From a virus, in the IMG/VR virus record IMGVR_UViG_3300027806_000035, positions 22,447-86,446 of that record: 64,000 bases of DNA. The stretch is one strand, 5' to 3'. A program made the translations under genes and the position numbers. Of the stretch, positions 35,941-45,572 are shown piece after piece (positions within the stretch are counted from its first letter, which is position 1; each line of letters starts with the position of its first letter). A model generated the notes under the pieces. The model saw nothing but the letters and a program-made list of their open reading frames with translations, was not told the DNA's origin and did not search any database.

Positions 35941-37986
35941 CTACGTCTCAAGAGCGTCTTGCACGATGTCGCCGACCTCCTGGGTGGTTGCACAGTTCGC
36001 AACGCGAGAAAGCTCTGGCGTCAATTCAGTTCGCACTTCATCTGCAATCTGGCCAGGAGTCGGCACTGTTGGCGCGTTCGTCAGGCTCGTAGCCGTATCA
36101 GTCAGCGTGACGCGGGCCAGGGTGTCAGACGGCTTCAGGCGGCTGCTCACCGTGGCGTCGATTCGCGATAGTTCCGTGCTCAGCTCGGCGCGGACCGCTG
36201 TGGCATTGTCGGCAGCGCTGGGGCCTGGGTTGGCCGTGAGCGTGCGGGTGGCCGCGCTCCAGGCCGTGGTGGCGATACTGGCGGCACTCGGCGGCGCCGT
36301 GTAGCCGGAAGAGGGCAGCCGGCTGCTGACGGTGGCATCCAGGTTGCCCAGCTCCGGGGCCAGCTCTGTGCGCACCTGAGCTGCAGTCAGGGTCGAGCGG
36401 GTGGCGAGGGCGCCGCCGGTCCGCTCCAGATCTGCACGGATGGCGGCCACCAATGCCACTTGATCAATGTTCTGGTTGCCAATTGCACCAACAATTGCAT
36501 TCAAAATTGCCTGACCGTCATTTTCGTTCAAGATTGACTGTTCAACTGCTGTTGCAATCGCTTGCCGTTCTCCGCTGGTGAGGGAGAAGCCGGTTCTATC
36601 AAGGGCGCTGTTGACAGCGGTGGCAATAGCAGAAGCGGTTGGGGGAGTCGTATAAGAAGAGGTTGCAAGCCTTGTTGAAATTGCAACGTCAAGACGCCCC
36701 AGTTCAGTGCTCAGCTCGGTGCGGACAGCCGTGGCGATCTCGGCCTCTGTCGGCACATCCGGGGCGTTGGTGAGGGTGGTGACGGTATCGGCAAGGGTGA
36801 CGCGGGCCAGGGTGCCACCAGGCGCGAGCCGGCTGCTGACGGCGTCGTCGATCCTGCCAAGCTCAGTTGCCAGCTCCGACCGCACGGCGGTTGCGGCCTC
36901 GGCGGCAGTGGGCAGGGCATCGAGCTGCGTGTCCAGGTTGGCGCTGGCCAGGCCTACGGCGGCGCGGATGCTGGCGCCATCAATGGCAGCAGTGCCGGTG
37001 GTGGCATCAACGGGCACGCCAAGCGCCACGGACCCGGCAGGGGGGACGGCGCAGGTGCCGGTCAGCTCACCAGCAGGGCCGTAGACCGTGCCGCTGCGGA
37101 CGTTGCTGGTGGCTGGGTTGCCGCCTACAGAGTCGGCGGTGTAGAGACTGCGGATGATTCCTGACCCACCTACCCTAACCTGATAGTAAGTAGAAGAAGG
37201 GCTGGCTATCCAGCCCCATCTTATTGCGTAAATCGGATTGATTCCATTTATTGAAGTCAAAAGCGGGCCGGTTACTAACACTTGAGCGGCACTGCTGGTG
37301 CTACTGACACCAGCAGCGCTGCCCGACGCCGTGATTGTGCCATTCACGGTAAGACTTCCCGCCCCTGTTAAACCGATTCCGGCTGCGACACCGGCATTTA
37401 CACTTCCAACTACTGAAATTGAACCAGTACCATTGCTAAAAATTGCACTTCCGATAGCGGCAGTTACGGTGCCCGTAACATTAACAGTTCCTGAAGATGT
37501 GAGTCTAATCGCCTCGGCATTGGAAACAGCGGAAACATTGCCTGTGAAGTTAAAAGTTCCTGAAGAACTAACCCTGACGCCACCAGTGTCAGTGGTAGAG
37601 CCTAGAATATTGGGTACAATTGATCCGACCATGTTTAGGGTGCCGGTGCCGTTGAAAAGTATTCCGACAGCGCCTGCTGATGCTCCATTATGATTTCCAT
37701 TAAGCTGAACTGACGTACCAGTATTGTTAGATACCGTTAAAACTGTTGCAGTGCTTGCGATAGTATTTGCCGTCAGCGTGATTCCATTGGCACTGATTAA
37801 AAACCCACCACCCGCCGTCACCCCCGTCGTACTCGCGTTGCTTATCTGCAGCACCGTCGGGCTGACATCAATCGTCACCGTGAACGTATTGCTATACACA
37901 TCATCCGCCGCAGTCGGCAACGCCCCGGTGTTCCACACCGTTGGGTCAGACCAGTTCCCAGATTTGACCGCCCGAACGATTGCCAT
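35941..37986 (-). CDS. Virion decoration/fibre-like protein: beta-helix-like N-half and helical repeat C-half
   Basis: G/S/T/N-rich N-half; five VRxELxxELxx(I/L/V) repeats. Confidence 0.7.
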   Translation of the reverse strand: MAIVRAVKSGNWSDPTVWNTGALPTAADDVYSNTFTVTIDVSPTVLQISNASTTGVTAGGGFLISANGITLTANTIASTATVLTVSNNTGTSVQLNGNHNGASAGAVGILFNGTGTLNMVGSIVPNILGSTTDTGGVRVSSSGTFNFTGNVSAVSNAEAIRLTSSGTVNVTGTVTAAIGSAIFSNGTGSISVVGSVNAGVAAGIGLTGAGSLTVNGTITASGSAAGVSSTSSAAQVLVTGPLLTSINGINPIYAIRWGWIASPSSTYYQVRVGGSGIIRSLYTADSVGGNPATSNVRSGTVYGPAGELTGTCAVPPAGSVALGVPVDATTGTAAIDGASIRAAVGLASANLDTQLDALPTAAEAATAVRSELATELGRIDDAVSSRLAPGGTLARVTLADTVTTLTNAPDVPTEAEIATAVRTELSTELGRLDVAISTRLATSSYTTPPTASAIATAVNSALDRTGFSLTSGERQAIATAVEQSILNENDGQAILNAIVGAIGNQNIDQVALVAAIRADLERTGGALATRSTLTAAQVRTELAPELGNLDATVSSRLPSSGYTAPPSAASIATTAWSAATRTLTANPGPSAADNATAVRAELSTELSRIDATVSSRLKPSDTLARVTLTDTATSLTNAPTVPTPGQIADEVRTELTPELSRVANCATTQEVGDIVQDALET

Positions 37987-37989
37987 GAC

Positions 37990-38283
37990 TCACAGCCCCT
38001 TTGCATCAATGAACGCCTGAGCCGCTGCCTCCAGCGCCTGCAGGAATCCAGCCACCGCTGGGTCGCTCGCAGCAGCCTCCACCGCATCGCCATAGACCAC
38101 CGCCTGCGCTGCATCATCCAGGCGCTCCGGGCCATCCGGGCCCGCCCGGTAGGGCGTCAGCCGCACTGCAATGCTCACGCCCATCCCATCGGCGTGCCAC
38201 ATCGGAGACAGCGCCAGGTTTGCCGCCAGCCGGTCAAAGACCTTGCCGTCGCGCTCAACAGGTCGGTTGGTGTGGAGAGCCAT
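37990..38283 (-). CDS. Hypothetical virion-associated protein
   Basis: Start MALHTNRP 4 nt after the upstream stop; the longer ORF-track start overlaps the neighbour. Confidence 0.6.
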   Translation of the reverse strand: MALHTNRPVERDGKVFDRLAANLALSPMWHADGMGVSIAVRLTPYRAGPDGPERLDDAAQAVVYGDAVEAAASDPAVAGFLQALEAAAQAFIDAKGL

Positions 38284-38287
38284 CGGA

Positions 38288-38917
38288 TCAGGTGTAGGTG
38301 TGGCCTGCTCGGCCGGTCCAGGTGACGTTGACTGCCGTGCCCTTGCTGGTGCGGACGCCAGCAGCGTTGTAGATGCTGCGGGTGATAGTCCAACCAACTG
38401 AAGATTCGGCCAGGCCATAAACACCGCGACCGACGTAAATAACGCCTTGGGTGTCTGTATCGACTCTGACCTCCTTCACTTCTCTGGCTCTTTCCGGCAG
38501 CTGAGTTGGATCACTTGTATCCACCACCATGATAGACCTGCCGATAACAGAGTGAAGTATTGGTTTTGAGCCTCTGTGCGTCAGCGGAGTGATTATCTTG
38601 GCTGTGATAATCAACTCAGCCTGAGCGTATTCAATGCAATCATCTGGCTTTGGAAAATAGTCGCCAAGATACGAAGCTGGAATCAGAAACTTTGTATCCG
38701 TGATTCTGATTTCACCATTCACGTCATCCGGCGCTACATTCAACGGAATGACAGATGTAGTGACTCTCGTGTCTGCGACGACCGGTGTTTCAAAGGTTCC
38801 GGTAGCAGGATCGTACACCTGCTCGCTATTCGCAACCTTAATGTAAGTTGCCGAAACACCCCACTGATCAATCAGTGGAGTTGGAATGGATCCAAAAACG
38901 TCGTCAACGAGTGACAT
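38288..38917 (-). CDS. Head-closure/stopper protein with a C-terminal extension
   Basis: MSLVDDVF...YDPATG...DTKFLIP pattern of head-tail joining proteins. Confidence 0.7.
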   Translation of the reverse strand: MSLVDDVFGSIPTPLIDQWGVSATYIKVANSEQVYDPATGTFETPVVADTRVTTSVIPLNVAPDDVNGEIRITDTKFLIPASYLGDYFPKPDDCIEYAQAELIITAKIITPLTHRGSKPILHSVIGRSIMVVDTSDPTQLPERAREVKEVRVDTDTQGVIYVGRGVYGLAESSVGWTITRSIYNAAGVRTSKGTAVNVTWTGRAGHTYT

Positions 38918-38919
38918 GA

Positions 38920-39576
38920 TCAGAGGCGGTTATTCCAAGAACCGCCATAAGGCCAAAGCTGGCCGTTGATCATGCGAACGCCACTTGGTTTCTGCCTGGT
39001 CACAAATCCCCTGTAGCCGATGCGGGCAGTAGATTCACGCCTGACCTTCGGCTGATAGAAGTCCCCGCGAATCATGTACTTTGCAAAGATGTCCATTGAG
39101 TACGGGGGAATGAACAGAGCGCCCGTCTGTGCATTTCCGCTTTTGTCAAACTTAACTCTCAGATCACTCCGGCCAAGCTCAACCTCTTCGTATTCACTGT
39201 TCTTTTGGCGTTTCGATCCGCCATCAGCATCCTGAATTCCGGTGTAACCGCCATTGATACCAAGAAATGCTGCCATGTAGGCAACACCGACCTTGAAGTC
39301 AAGCGGCAGCTCATCAACCTGAGAGTAGTAATAGTCAGCAATCAAGAGGCGTGGCCATGCCAGGCTTTGCTCTTGTGTTGCAGGACGACCTTTCCATTGC
39401 AGAGGATTGATCGCCATCGTCGCGGTGATCAATGTCTTCTGCTTATTTGAATCTGATAGCGCCAGCCACTGCTGCACGCCATAGCTAGGTGCGAGATCTT
39501 GAAGCAGAGCCGTGGCCTCAGCCACCGACAGGTAGGAATTGGCGTCAGGCGCCCCCAGCGTCGAGACAAAGGCCAC
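38920..39576 (-). CDS. Head-tail adaptor (DnaT-like family)
   Basis: DANSYLSVAEA...WKG...QSLAWPR signature. Confidence 0.8.
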   Translation of the reverse strand: MAFVSTLGAPDANSYLSVAEATALLQDLAPSYGVQQWLALSDSNKQKTLITATMAINPLQWKGRPATQEQSLAWPRLLIADYYYSQVDELPLDFKVGVAYMAAFLGINGGYTGIQDADGGSKRQKNSEYEEVELGRSDLRVKFDKSGNAQTGALFIPPYSMDIFAKYMIRGDFYQPKVRRESTARIGYRGFVTRQKPSGVRMINGQLWPYGGSWNNRL

Positions 39577-39585
39577 GATTCATCC

Positions 39586-39765
39586 TCAGGCGGCAGGAGC
39601 AGGCTCGGGAGCAGGCGCCGGCTTGGGCTTCGGCTTCACGGTAGCGGCGGCCTTCGGGGCAGGCTCAGGGGCCTTCTCGGCGGCCTCTGCGGTCGCCTCT
39701 TCAGCCTGGGCCTCCTTGGCGGCCAGGGCGGCTTCACGCCGCATACGAAACGTTCCAGCACTCAT
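39586..39765 (-). CDS. Small Ala/Pro/Lys/Glu-rich protein (59 aa)
   Basis: MSAGTFRMRREAALAAKEAQAEE...PKPKPAPAPEPAPAA*; fills the gap between capsid and adaptor; below the ORF-track cutoff. Confidence 0.7.
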   Translation of the reverse strand: MSAGTFRMRREAALAAKEAQAEEATAEAAEKAPEPAPKAAATVKPKPKPAPAPEPAPAA

Positions 39766-39784
39766 GATGAAAGTCCAGATAGAG

Positions 39785-39806
39785 AGAAGCCCCGGCGAAC
39801 CGGGGC
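39785..39806 (-). terminator. Terminator after the major capsid gene
   Basis: GCCCCGG-TTCG-CCGGGGC followed by TTCTCTCT. Confidence 0.7.
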
Positions 39807-39827
39807 ATTTGCAGATCGGGAAAGCGA

Positions 39828-40811
39828 TCAGACGAAGCAGCGCATCCGGGTGATACGGATGTTGCGGTCGTCATCGAACACCTTGACCCAGTTGGCACCA
39901 GTTGCCAGTTCGGTGTTGCTGGGGGCAGCCTTCGCCGAAGTACCTTTCCAGCTGATCCCGTTCGGGTGAACGAGGTAGTGGGTGCGGTTGATCAGGTAGT
40001 CGATGCCCAGGAACTTGTCGCGATCGGTTTCAACCGGATTCTTGGCGGGAGCAGTCGCGTAAGCGAAAGCACCAGGGCCGAAGAAGTAGGTGTCATGGAC
40101 ATCGGTGGAACCGGTGCCAGCACCAACGGCGACGGGCAGCTTGTCATCCACGAACACCGGGCGACCCAGATAGGTGCCCTTCTCCAGAGCCTGCTCGGAG
40201 AGGCGGGTGTCCAGCTGCGAGGTGCTGGAAGACGGAACAATCAGGTCCATCTTCATCAGAGCGTAATAGACCGGCGAACGCATCATGATGCCGGTCAGCT
40301 CGTCACCTGCATCACCCAGCTTGGCGATGCCGTCCACCATCAGGGACTGGGACAGCTGCGAGGAGGTGCCGCCGACAGCATGGCTGGTGGCCAGGGGACC
40401 GCCGGAAGCGAAAATGCCCTGCAGGATCGAAACGCAGGTCTTCTGCATGTCGCGGATCCAGTAGCGACCGGTGCTGCGGGCGATGGCCTGCATCGGGTCG
40501 GAACCGGACAGATCGGCAGCCAGGTCGGAAGACTTCCAGCTCTTGCGGCGCATGTTGCGCACACCGACCTGCAGATCACCTGCAATGTCGGTCGGGGCGG
40601 AAGCTTCGGTATCCGAGTCGATTTCGGAATCGCCGGACAGATCACCGAAGAAGGGGAGGTCGATGGTTTTGCCGCCCTTCTGAAATTCAGATTGGATGGC
40701 AGCGTTCGTGACCATCAGGCCGGAAGTAACCAGGGCATTCTTGTCCTGGATTTCTTCCTGCTGATAGTCAAGGAACAGCTCGGGGATAAGGGGAACACCT
40801 GCGAGAAGCAT
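39828..40811 (-). CDS. Major capsid protein (HK97 fold)
   Basis: IPELFLDY...GGKTIDLPFFGDLSGD...YLGRPVFVDD...HPNGISW; strong codon bias; flanking terminators. Confidence 0.9.
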   Translation of the reverse strand: MLLAGVPLIPELFLDYQQEEIQDKNALVTSGLMVTNAAIQSEFQKGGKTIDLPFFGDLSGDSEIDSDTEASAPTDIAGDLQVGVRNMRRKSWKSSDLAADLSGSDPMQAIARSTGRYWIRDMQKTCVSILQGIFASGGPLATSHAVGGTSSQLSQSLMVDGIAKLGDAGDELTGIMMRSPVYYALMKMDLIVPSSSTSQLDTRLSEQALEKGTYLGRPVFVDDKLPVAVGAGTGSTDVHDTYFFGPGAFAYATAPAKNPVETDRDKFLGIDYLINRTHYLVHPNGISWKGTSAKAAPSNTELATGANWVKVFDDDRNIRITRMRCFV

Positions 40812-40920
40812 TGTCCTAAAGCGGGTTTGTGGAAATTTGGTTCAGCTTCACAGCACTGCTGCCAGACCGCGTACGGTCGCTGCTGCGAGGCACTGCCTCT
40901 CTTGCCAAATAATAGCCAAA

Positions 40921-40944
40921 GAAAAAGCCGGGGTTGCCCCCGGC
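40921..40944 (-). terminator. Rho-independent terminator
   Basis: GCCGGGG-GCAA-CCCCGGC-TTTTTC. Confidence 0.8.
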
Positions 40945-41039
40945 CCATTTCCTCATGACTTGACGAAGCTAAAAGACTTTTGCCCGTTGATCTGCTTTAT
41001 CGGTAAACCAACAAGAAGCCTGGTAGCGCTCGATACAAG

Positions 41040-41327
41040 TCAGTTCAGTGTGTAACCCTTGCCGGTCAGCACGGCTTTCTCGCCGGAGTCCAGGGCGGCC
41101 CAGCCAGCACAGCCGCTGGCGGTGATGACCTTGGTGCCGGTCACGGTGGGAGCAGCTGCAAAAAGCTCATTGAGCTGAGCTTCAGTGAAAGCGTCGGGGA
41201 GAATGAAAGTAAAGTTCTTCAGGCCACGGGCACAAAGAACGATGGCAGACAGAACTTCATCAACAGCGGTGGCGGACTGAACGCCGCGCATGTTGACGTT
41301 GGTGCGATAGGCGCCACTGACAGTCAT
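41040..41327 (-). CDS. Small virion protein (capsid decoration candidate)
   Basis: 95 aa upstream of the capsid gene, followed by a terminator. Confidence 0.6.
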   Translation of the reverse strand: MTVSGAYRTNVNMRGVQSATAVDEVLSAIVLCARGLKNFTFILPDAFTEAQLNELFAAAPTVTGTKVITASGCAGWAALDSGEKAVLTGKGYTLN

Positions 41328-41417
41328 TGGAAGTCGGGGAAAGTGTCTGCGGACATGGTAGACAGTCCCGAGATTCAGCCAGAATCAAGAAGAAGTCCTA
41401 GGTAAAGCCTAAGCAAA

Positions 41418-41609
41418 ATGGAAAGGAGAACCTGGGATACACCTGTGCGGGAAGGGTGGAATCCCATCATTCATCACATGCTTAAAGCTATTGACAGCCA
41501 CAACCGAATGTACTTTCGGACAGGGGACAACTGGCACTTGTTGAAAGCGGAAGAGCTTAGGCGGTATGTAGTTGAGCTGAAGGACTGGATTAAAGATCAG
41601 GAGAAGTAG
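41418..41609 (+). CDS. Small hypothetical cyanophage protein
   Basis: WDTPVREGWNPII...AID.HN...YVVELKDWI; the only plus-strand gene in the late block. Confidence 0.65.
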   Translation: MERRTWDTPVREGWNPIIHHMLKAIDSHNRMYFRTGDNWHLLKAEELRRYVVELKDWIKDQEK

Positions 41610-41935
41610 CATTGCGAGCTAACCACAAACAAAACAATGGCCCACTTATAGCGATTTGACCACCAGCTTCCAGACATGCGGCCGGCAGCAATCCCCTTGG
41701 CATGTCTCGCTTTGAACGCTTCTCGCCTTTTGCGGTAGGCAGCTGATTCGCCTTCTTTTTTGGGGGATCCGCTAACACCTTGCTGGCCAAAGCGAATAAC
41801 CTTGTAGGTATCGCCTTCCTTTGCCATCACGACATGCGACTTTGTTGGGTGGCTCGGCGTGCGCTTAGGCTTATTGACACCGGAAAGGCCAAGCTCTTTC
41901 ATCTTGCTCTTGACGCGCTCGGGCATTCCGGCCAT
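41597..41935 (-). CDS. Small basic protein
   Basis: NKPKRTPSHPTKSHVV...IRFGQQG...RREAFKARH. Confidence 0.75.
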   Translation of the reverse strand: MAGMPERVKSKMKELGLSGVNKPKRTPSHPTKSHVVMAKEGDTYKVIRFGQQGVSGSPKKEGESAAYRKRREAFKARHAKGIAAGRMSGSWWSNRYKWAIVLFVVSSQCYFS

Positions 41936-41961
41936 TGCATCACTTCCTGTCTGATCAAACG

Positions 41962-42276
41962 TTAGCGACGGGGCTTACGCTTTTTTGTCCCCTTCCCAGG
42001 TGACAATCTCTTGTTGTTGCCATGGCCGTTGCGTGCTCGATTGGTGGAAGGATCCTCGGTCCTGAAGCCACCGCCAGAAGCATGTGAAAGATCCCTGCCA
42101 CCCTTCCCAGCAATACCGCGAGCTTCACGCTCTGCCCATAGTTCAGATCTGTACTTACGACGCTCCTTCGTGGAGTGATACTTCTTGTCGTAAGCCGCCT
42201 TCTTTTTGCGTGCTTCTGGATTGGCAGCGTAGAAAGCTGCAGTGCGGCGCTTGTTTTTTGCGGGACGTGGTGCCAT
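41962..42276 (-). CDS. Small basic protein with HNH-like remnant (DLSH...NRARN)
   Basis: Very K/R-rich; GGRDLSH...DPSTNRARNG. Confidence 0.7.
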   Translation of the reverse strand: MAPRPAKNKRRTAAFYAANPEARKKKAAYDKKYHSTKERRKYRSELWAEREARGIAGKGGRDLSHASGGGFRTEDPSTNRARNGHGNNKRLSPGKGTKKRKPRR

Positions 42277-42302
42277 GCTGCCTCCTATCAAGCAGACTAT
42301 AG

Positions 42303-42563
42303 CTATTTCTTATTCCGTTTGTGCTGGTAGCCGATTCGCTTTGAACCTGTTTTTTCGCGCTTGAACTTACGCTTTTCTTTTTCAGAAAGCTCGCTTGCTG
42401 TCTTGGGGGTTTCCGCGGAAACACGCCTCTTGGGTCTGCAAGCTGGATAGCTCCTGCGTTTCTCGCCAGTTTGACGACCGCAGGGCTTACCGGTTTTGAC
42501 GTCAATCCACTCTTCAGCAAACCAGCGACCAAGGCCGCCGCGACCACGCCTCTTTTCAGCCAT
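42303..42563 (-). CDS. Small basic protein (DUF5872-like C-terminal part)
   Basis: GLGRWFAEEWIDV...CGR...YPACRP..RVSAETPKT. Confidence 0.7.
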   Translation of the reverse strand: MAEKRRGRGGLGRWFAEEWIDVKTGKPCGRQTGEKRRSYPACRPKRRVSAETPKTASELSEKEKRKFKREKTGSKRIGYQHKRNKK

Positions 42564-42717
42564 TGCTTTTCAAGCTACGGTACTTTCCGCCGCGCTTTTT
42601 GTATTCGCGGACCAACCACGAATTAGCATATACGCTAGGATACACGGCGAACTTGCGCTTTGCCTCAGCCTTGACGCGAGCGTAAAGAGCCTTGTCAGTT
42701 GGAACATTCTTTTTCAT
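42556..42717 (-). CDS. Small basic protein (53 aa; DUF5872-like N-terminal part)
   Basis: [46 protein letters not shown]...; overlaps both neighbours; below the ORF-track cutoff. Confidence 0.7.
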   Translation of the reverse strand: MKKNVPTDKALYARVKAEAKRKFAVYPSVYANSWLVREYKKRGGKYRSLKSNG

Positions 42718-42866
42718 TTCTTGCGGCTCGGCTTCTTTTTCTTGCGGGACTTGCCGGCACGATCAAGCGCAATCGCGACAGCCTGCTTCTCTGGATAACC
42801 CTCCCTGCGGAGCTTGCTGATATTAGACGAAATGCTCTTCTGCGACTTACCCCGTTTCAGTGGCAT
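42714..42866 (-). CDS. Small basic protein (50 aa)
   Basis: [34 protein letters not shown]. Confidence 0.75.
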   Translation of the reverse strand: MPLKRGKSQKSISSNISKLRREGYPEKQAVAIALDRAGKSRKKKKPSRKK

Positions 42867-42964
42867 GGCTTCATCCAGGCTGCCTGAACTGTAGGCAAGA
42901 AAAATCCCCCCATCAGCATTGCTGACAGGGGGAAGACCACCTTGCAAAGAAAAGCCTAGCACGC

Positions 42965-43810
42965 TCAGTTGACGGCGCGAGCAAGAATCGGATCAAGATC
43001 ACCGCGAGCGCGAGCCTGCTGCACAAGCCGCTTTGCAAGAGCCCGATCGCGACCGATGATCTCAGCGGCCCGAGTTGCGTTTGCAGTGGACTTCGCAAAC
43101 GGGTTATCGGTCGTCGGCATGGGGGAACGGTAAGACGGCAAGCCGCTACCAGTTGGAACATTGCCAGGGAAGTAGATACTGTAGTCGTCATCGTGTTCGA
43201 TCTGACCAACGCCATCCGTGACATTGATCGGATTTTCTTCGGGACCGAAGACGACGGTGACACCATCTTCAAGAAGCCGGAAGTCCTTCCCGCGCAGGGC
43301 GTACACATGAGCGGAACGCTTGCAGCCGGCTTTGTCAAGCTCCTGCATAACGATGCCCTTCTTGTACTCTTCCTGACGGGCACGCCTTTCGGCTTCCTTC
43401 TCCTTGCGCTCTTGCTTGAGCTGTTCGTCCATCTTGGCCAGCTGGCTTTGCAGGGAGGAGAGCTGGACTTTCATCGCCTCCTCAACGGCGCTGGAGGGGG
43501 TTCCGCTGCCATCCTGCTGCCCCTGGGCCTGGGGCTGGGCCGGAGGCTGCTGCTGGACCGCCGGGGCCTGGGCCTGCATCCTCTCGCCATTGACGGCGCT
43601 CAGCAGCTCGGAGATCCGGTCCTCGGCGTCATCGGCGGTCAGGTCGATGCCAGCAGCCCTGGCCAGTCGCTCTACACCCTTGCGCTTCACCAGATCAGCT
43701 TGCAGGCCGATCTTCGCTCGCTCCAGTGCGGCAAGCTGCGAATCACGTTCTTGCAGCTTGGCCTGCAGCTCTTCAATTGTCAGATCAGTGGCGGGGGACT
43801 CTTGAGACAC
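42965..43810 (-). CDS. Capsid scaffolding protein
   Basis: Coiled-coil, E/Q-rich; C-terminal GSG...NPF; lies between portal and capsid. Confidence 0.75.
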   Translation of the reverse strand: MSQESPATDLTIEELQAKLQERDSQLAALERAKIGLQADLVKRKGVERLARAAGIDLTADDAEDRISELLSAVNGERMQAQAPAVQQQPPAQPQAQGQQDGSGTPSSAVEEAMKVQLSSLQSQLAKMDEQLKQERKEKEAERRARQEEYKKGIVMQELDKAGCKRSAHVYALRGKDFRLLEDGVTVVFGPEENPINVTDGVGQIEHDDDYSIYFPGNVPTGSGLPSYRSPMPTTDNPFAKSTANATRAAEIIGRDRALAKRLVQQARARGDLDPILARAVN

Positions 43811-43841
43811 TCAGTTGCCTTGTGACTGTCGAAATTGTAGC

Positions 43842-45572
43842 TCAAGACTCGCGGAACTCAACAGTCACCTCGTTCGGCTCACCCTCCAGCGATCGGCCGG
43901 CCGCCTCCTCCATGGTGTTCTGGACGTTGTTCGTTCCCGGCACGAAGTCGCCATCAGACGGGCTGTCGTCAGATGAGTCCCCATCAGATGGGTCGGACTT
44001 AAACCTTTCGATCAGCTCGGACCTGCGCTCGGCTCCGGTCAAGCCCATCTTCTCAAGAAGTTTCTTGACATTGAAGCCATGTAGGCCTTCAAACATCTCG
44101 CCAGCTTCAAGCATCTCAAGCATGGTTCCAATCGGAATTGCTTCAGAATCCTTGTAAAGCGAACTAATCGCCATCACCTGCTGACTATGCAGCTTGGCAG
44201 GAATGAAGTTCTTGCTGATTACAATTTCAATTTTAGGGTACGTGTTCGGCTCGTAGCCAGACGCATACCACAGAGCGCGATTGATGCAGTCCTGCAACGA
44301 TCCCACAAGAACGGCGAGCTGCGAATCGGACTGCGAACGATCGAGCAGCTTGGCAAAGCCAGATTCAACCTGGCTCTTGCCCGGCGCCATTGCGATAGCT
44401 GCAAGGCGATCCATTGAAGCTTCAATCCTGGCAAGTTCCTTCAGGGTTGTCTCCGCCCCATCCATGCCAGGAGAAATCATCCCGAATCTTGCCTGTTCGT
44501 TCTGGCTGAACAAGCTTCTGCCGGATCCGGCGTAGATCTCGTCGTCAGGGCGAACACCAGTACCCGTCAGCAGTGGTGAAGAGTTGAGGTGGATCGTTTC
44601 CGACAGGTCAGCGCAGGTTGCCCAGTGATGCAGATTCAGTCTTGCAATGTCAAACAGCAGCGGCCTTGCCCTGCAGAAAGCCTCCTCCTTGCCGCCGTAA
44701 CAAGGAACAAAGGGAATATAACTGATGGAAAGGTAGTTTTCGTTTTCGGGCGGCAGATAGTATTCATTAGGATTACCGGTCATACTCTTTTCGTAGACCC
44801 GCACCCTTACGCGCTGAGGCTGCTCCAGATCTTCCTGAACGGGAATGTCGTAAACGACAACAGTTGGCACAACTTCCTCAAAGTGCTCGTTCGTCGCGCT
44901 TGCACGCCGGATCTCCGACTTGATACGAAGATACATAACGCGAGCTTGGTAAGAAACTTCGCCGTTGATAGTTACCGAGCCATTTTCATGTCGGCAATCG
45001 AGAATATCTTCAACCTTGATGATCGAGAAGTACGGGCGATACTTTCGCCTGCGAACTTCAACCTTTGACAGGCTCTCGTCAACCTTGGGATACTCGGCCA
45101 TCAAGCCAGCAATGCCGCCATTCAGCGCTTCGGTGAACAGGGTCTTTGCGAATGAAGTAATCGACTTGCCTTCAAGATTGGCATTCTTGAAGAACTCCTC
45201 CCATTCAGGCGGCATCTCCTGTGGGAGAATCACGCCCTTGCGAAGCGCCGTACCAACGATGATGTCTACAAGGTGGGAGTAGAACGGCTCAAAGCATGAC
45301 ATCGCTCGCGTCTTGCGAACGTTATAGCTGTCGCTATGCTCCTGGTAGTCTTGTGGAATATACTGGCCGATTGCTTCGTCCAGATAGAACTCTGGGAGCG
45401 TGCAAAACTTGATCGGAAGAATCCTGGCAACCTGTTCAGCCTGGTCAATCGAATAGGCGTCTACATCCGTGACTTGCGAGTAGACCCTTTCTGTTTCAGG
45501 CTCTCGCCGCTCAAATGGAATCGGCAGATCGTCCGAACTAAGAATAATCGAATTCGGTACGTCGATTGCCAT
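43842..45572 (-). CDS. Portal protein (DUF4055-type)
   Basis: YIPQ...SYNVRKTRA; IPFVPCY...RPLLFDIARLNLHHW; directly follows terL. Confidence 0.88.
   Translation of the reverse strand: MAIDVPNSIILSSDDLPIPFERREPETERVYSQVTDVDAYSIDQAEQVARILPIKFCTLPEFYLDEAIGQYIPQDYQEHSDSYNVRKTRAMSCFEPFYSHLVDIIVGTALRKGVILPQEMPPEWEEFFKNANLEGKSITSFAKTLFTEALNGGIAGLMAEYPKVDESLSKVEVRRRKYRPYFSIIKVEDILDCRHENGSVTINGEVSYQARVMYLRIKSEIRRASATNEHFEEVVPTVVVYDIPVQEDLEQPQRVRVRVYEKSMTGNPNEYYLPPENENYLSISYIPFVPCYGGKEEAFCRARPLLFDIARLNLHHWATCADLSETIHLNSSPLLTGTGVRPDDEIYAGSGRSLFSQNEQARFGMISPGMDGAETTLKELARIEASMDRLAAIAMAPGKSQVESGFAKLLDRSQSDSQLAVLVGSLQDCINRALWYASGYEPNTYPKIEIVISKNFIPAKLHSQQVMAISSLYKDSEAIPIGTMLEMLEAGEMFEGLHGFNVKKLLEKMGLTGAERRSELIERFKSDPSDGDSSDDSPSDGDFVPGTNNVQNTMEEAAGRSLEGEPNEVTVEFRES

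Noticed and set aside
39966-40958. 330-aa plus-strand ORF opposite the capsid gene
   Set aside because: It is a codon-aligned antisense shadow of a strongly biased gene with no recognisable motifs. The same applies to the long antisense ORFs at 27536-28381, 30081-30962 and 43193-43825.
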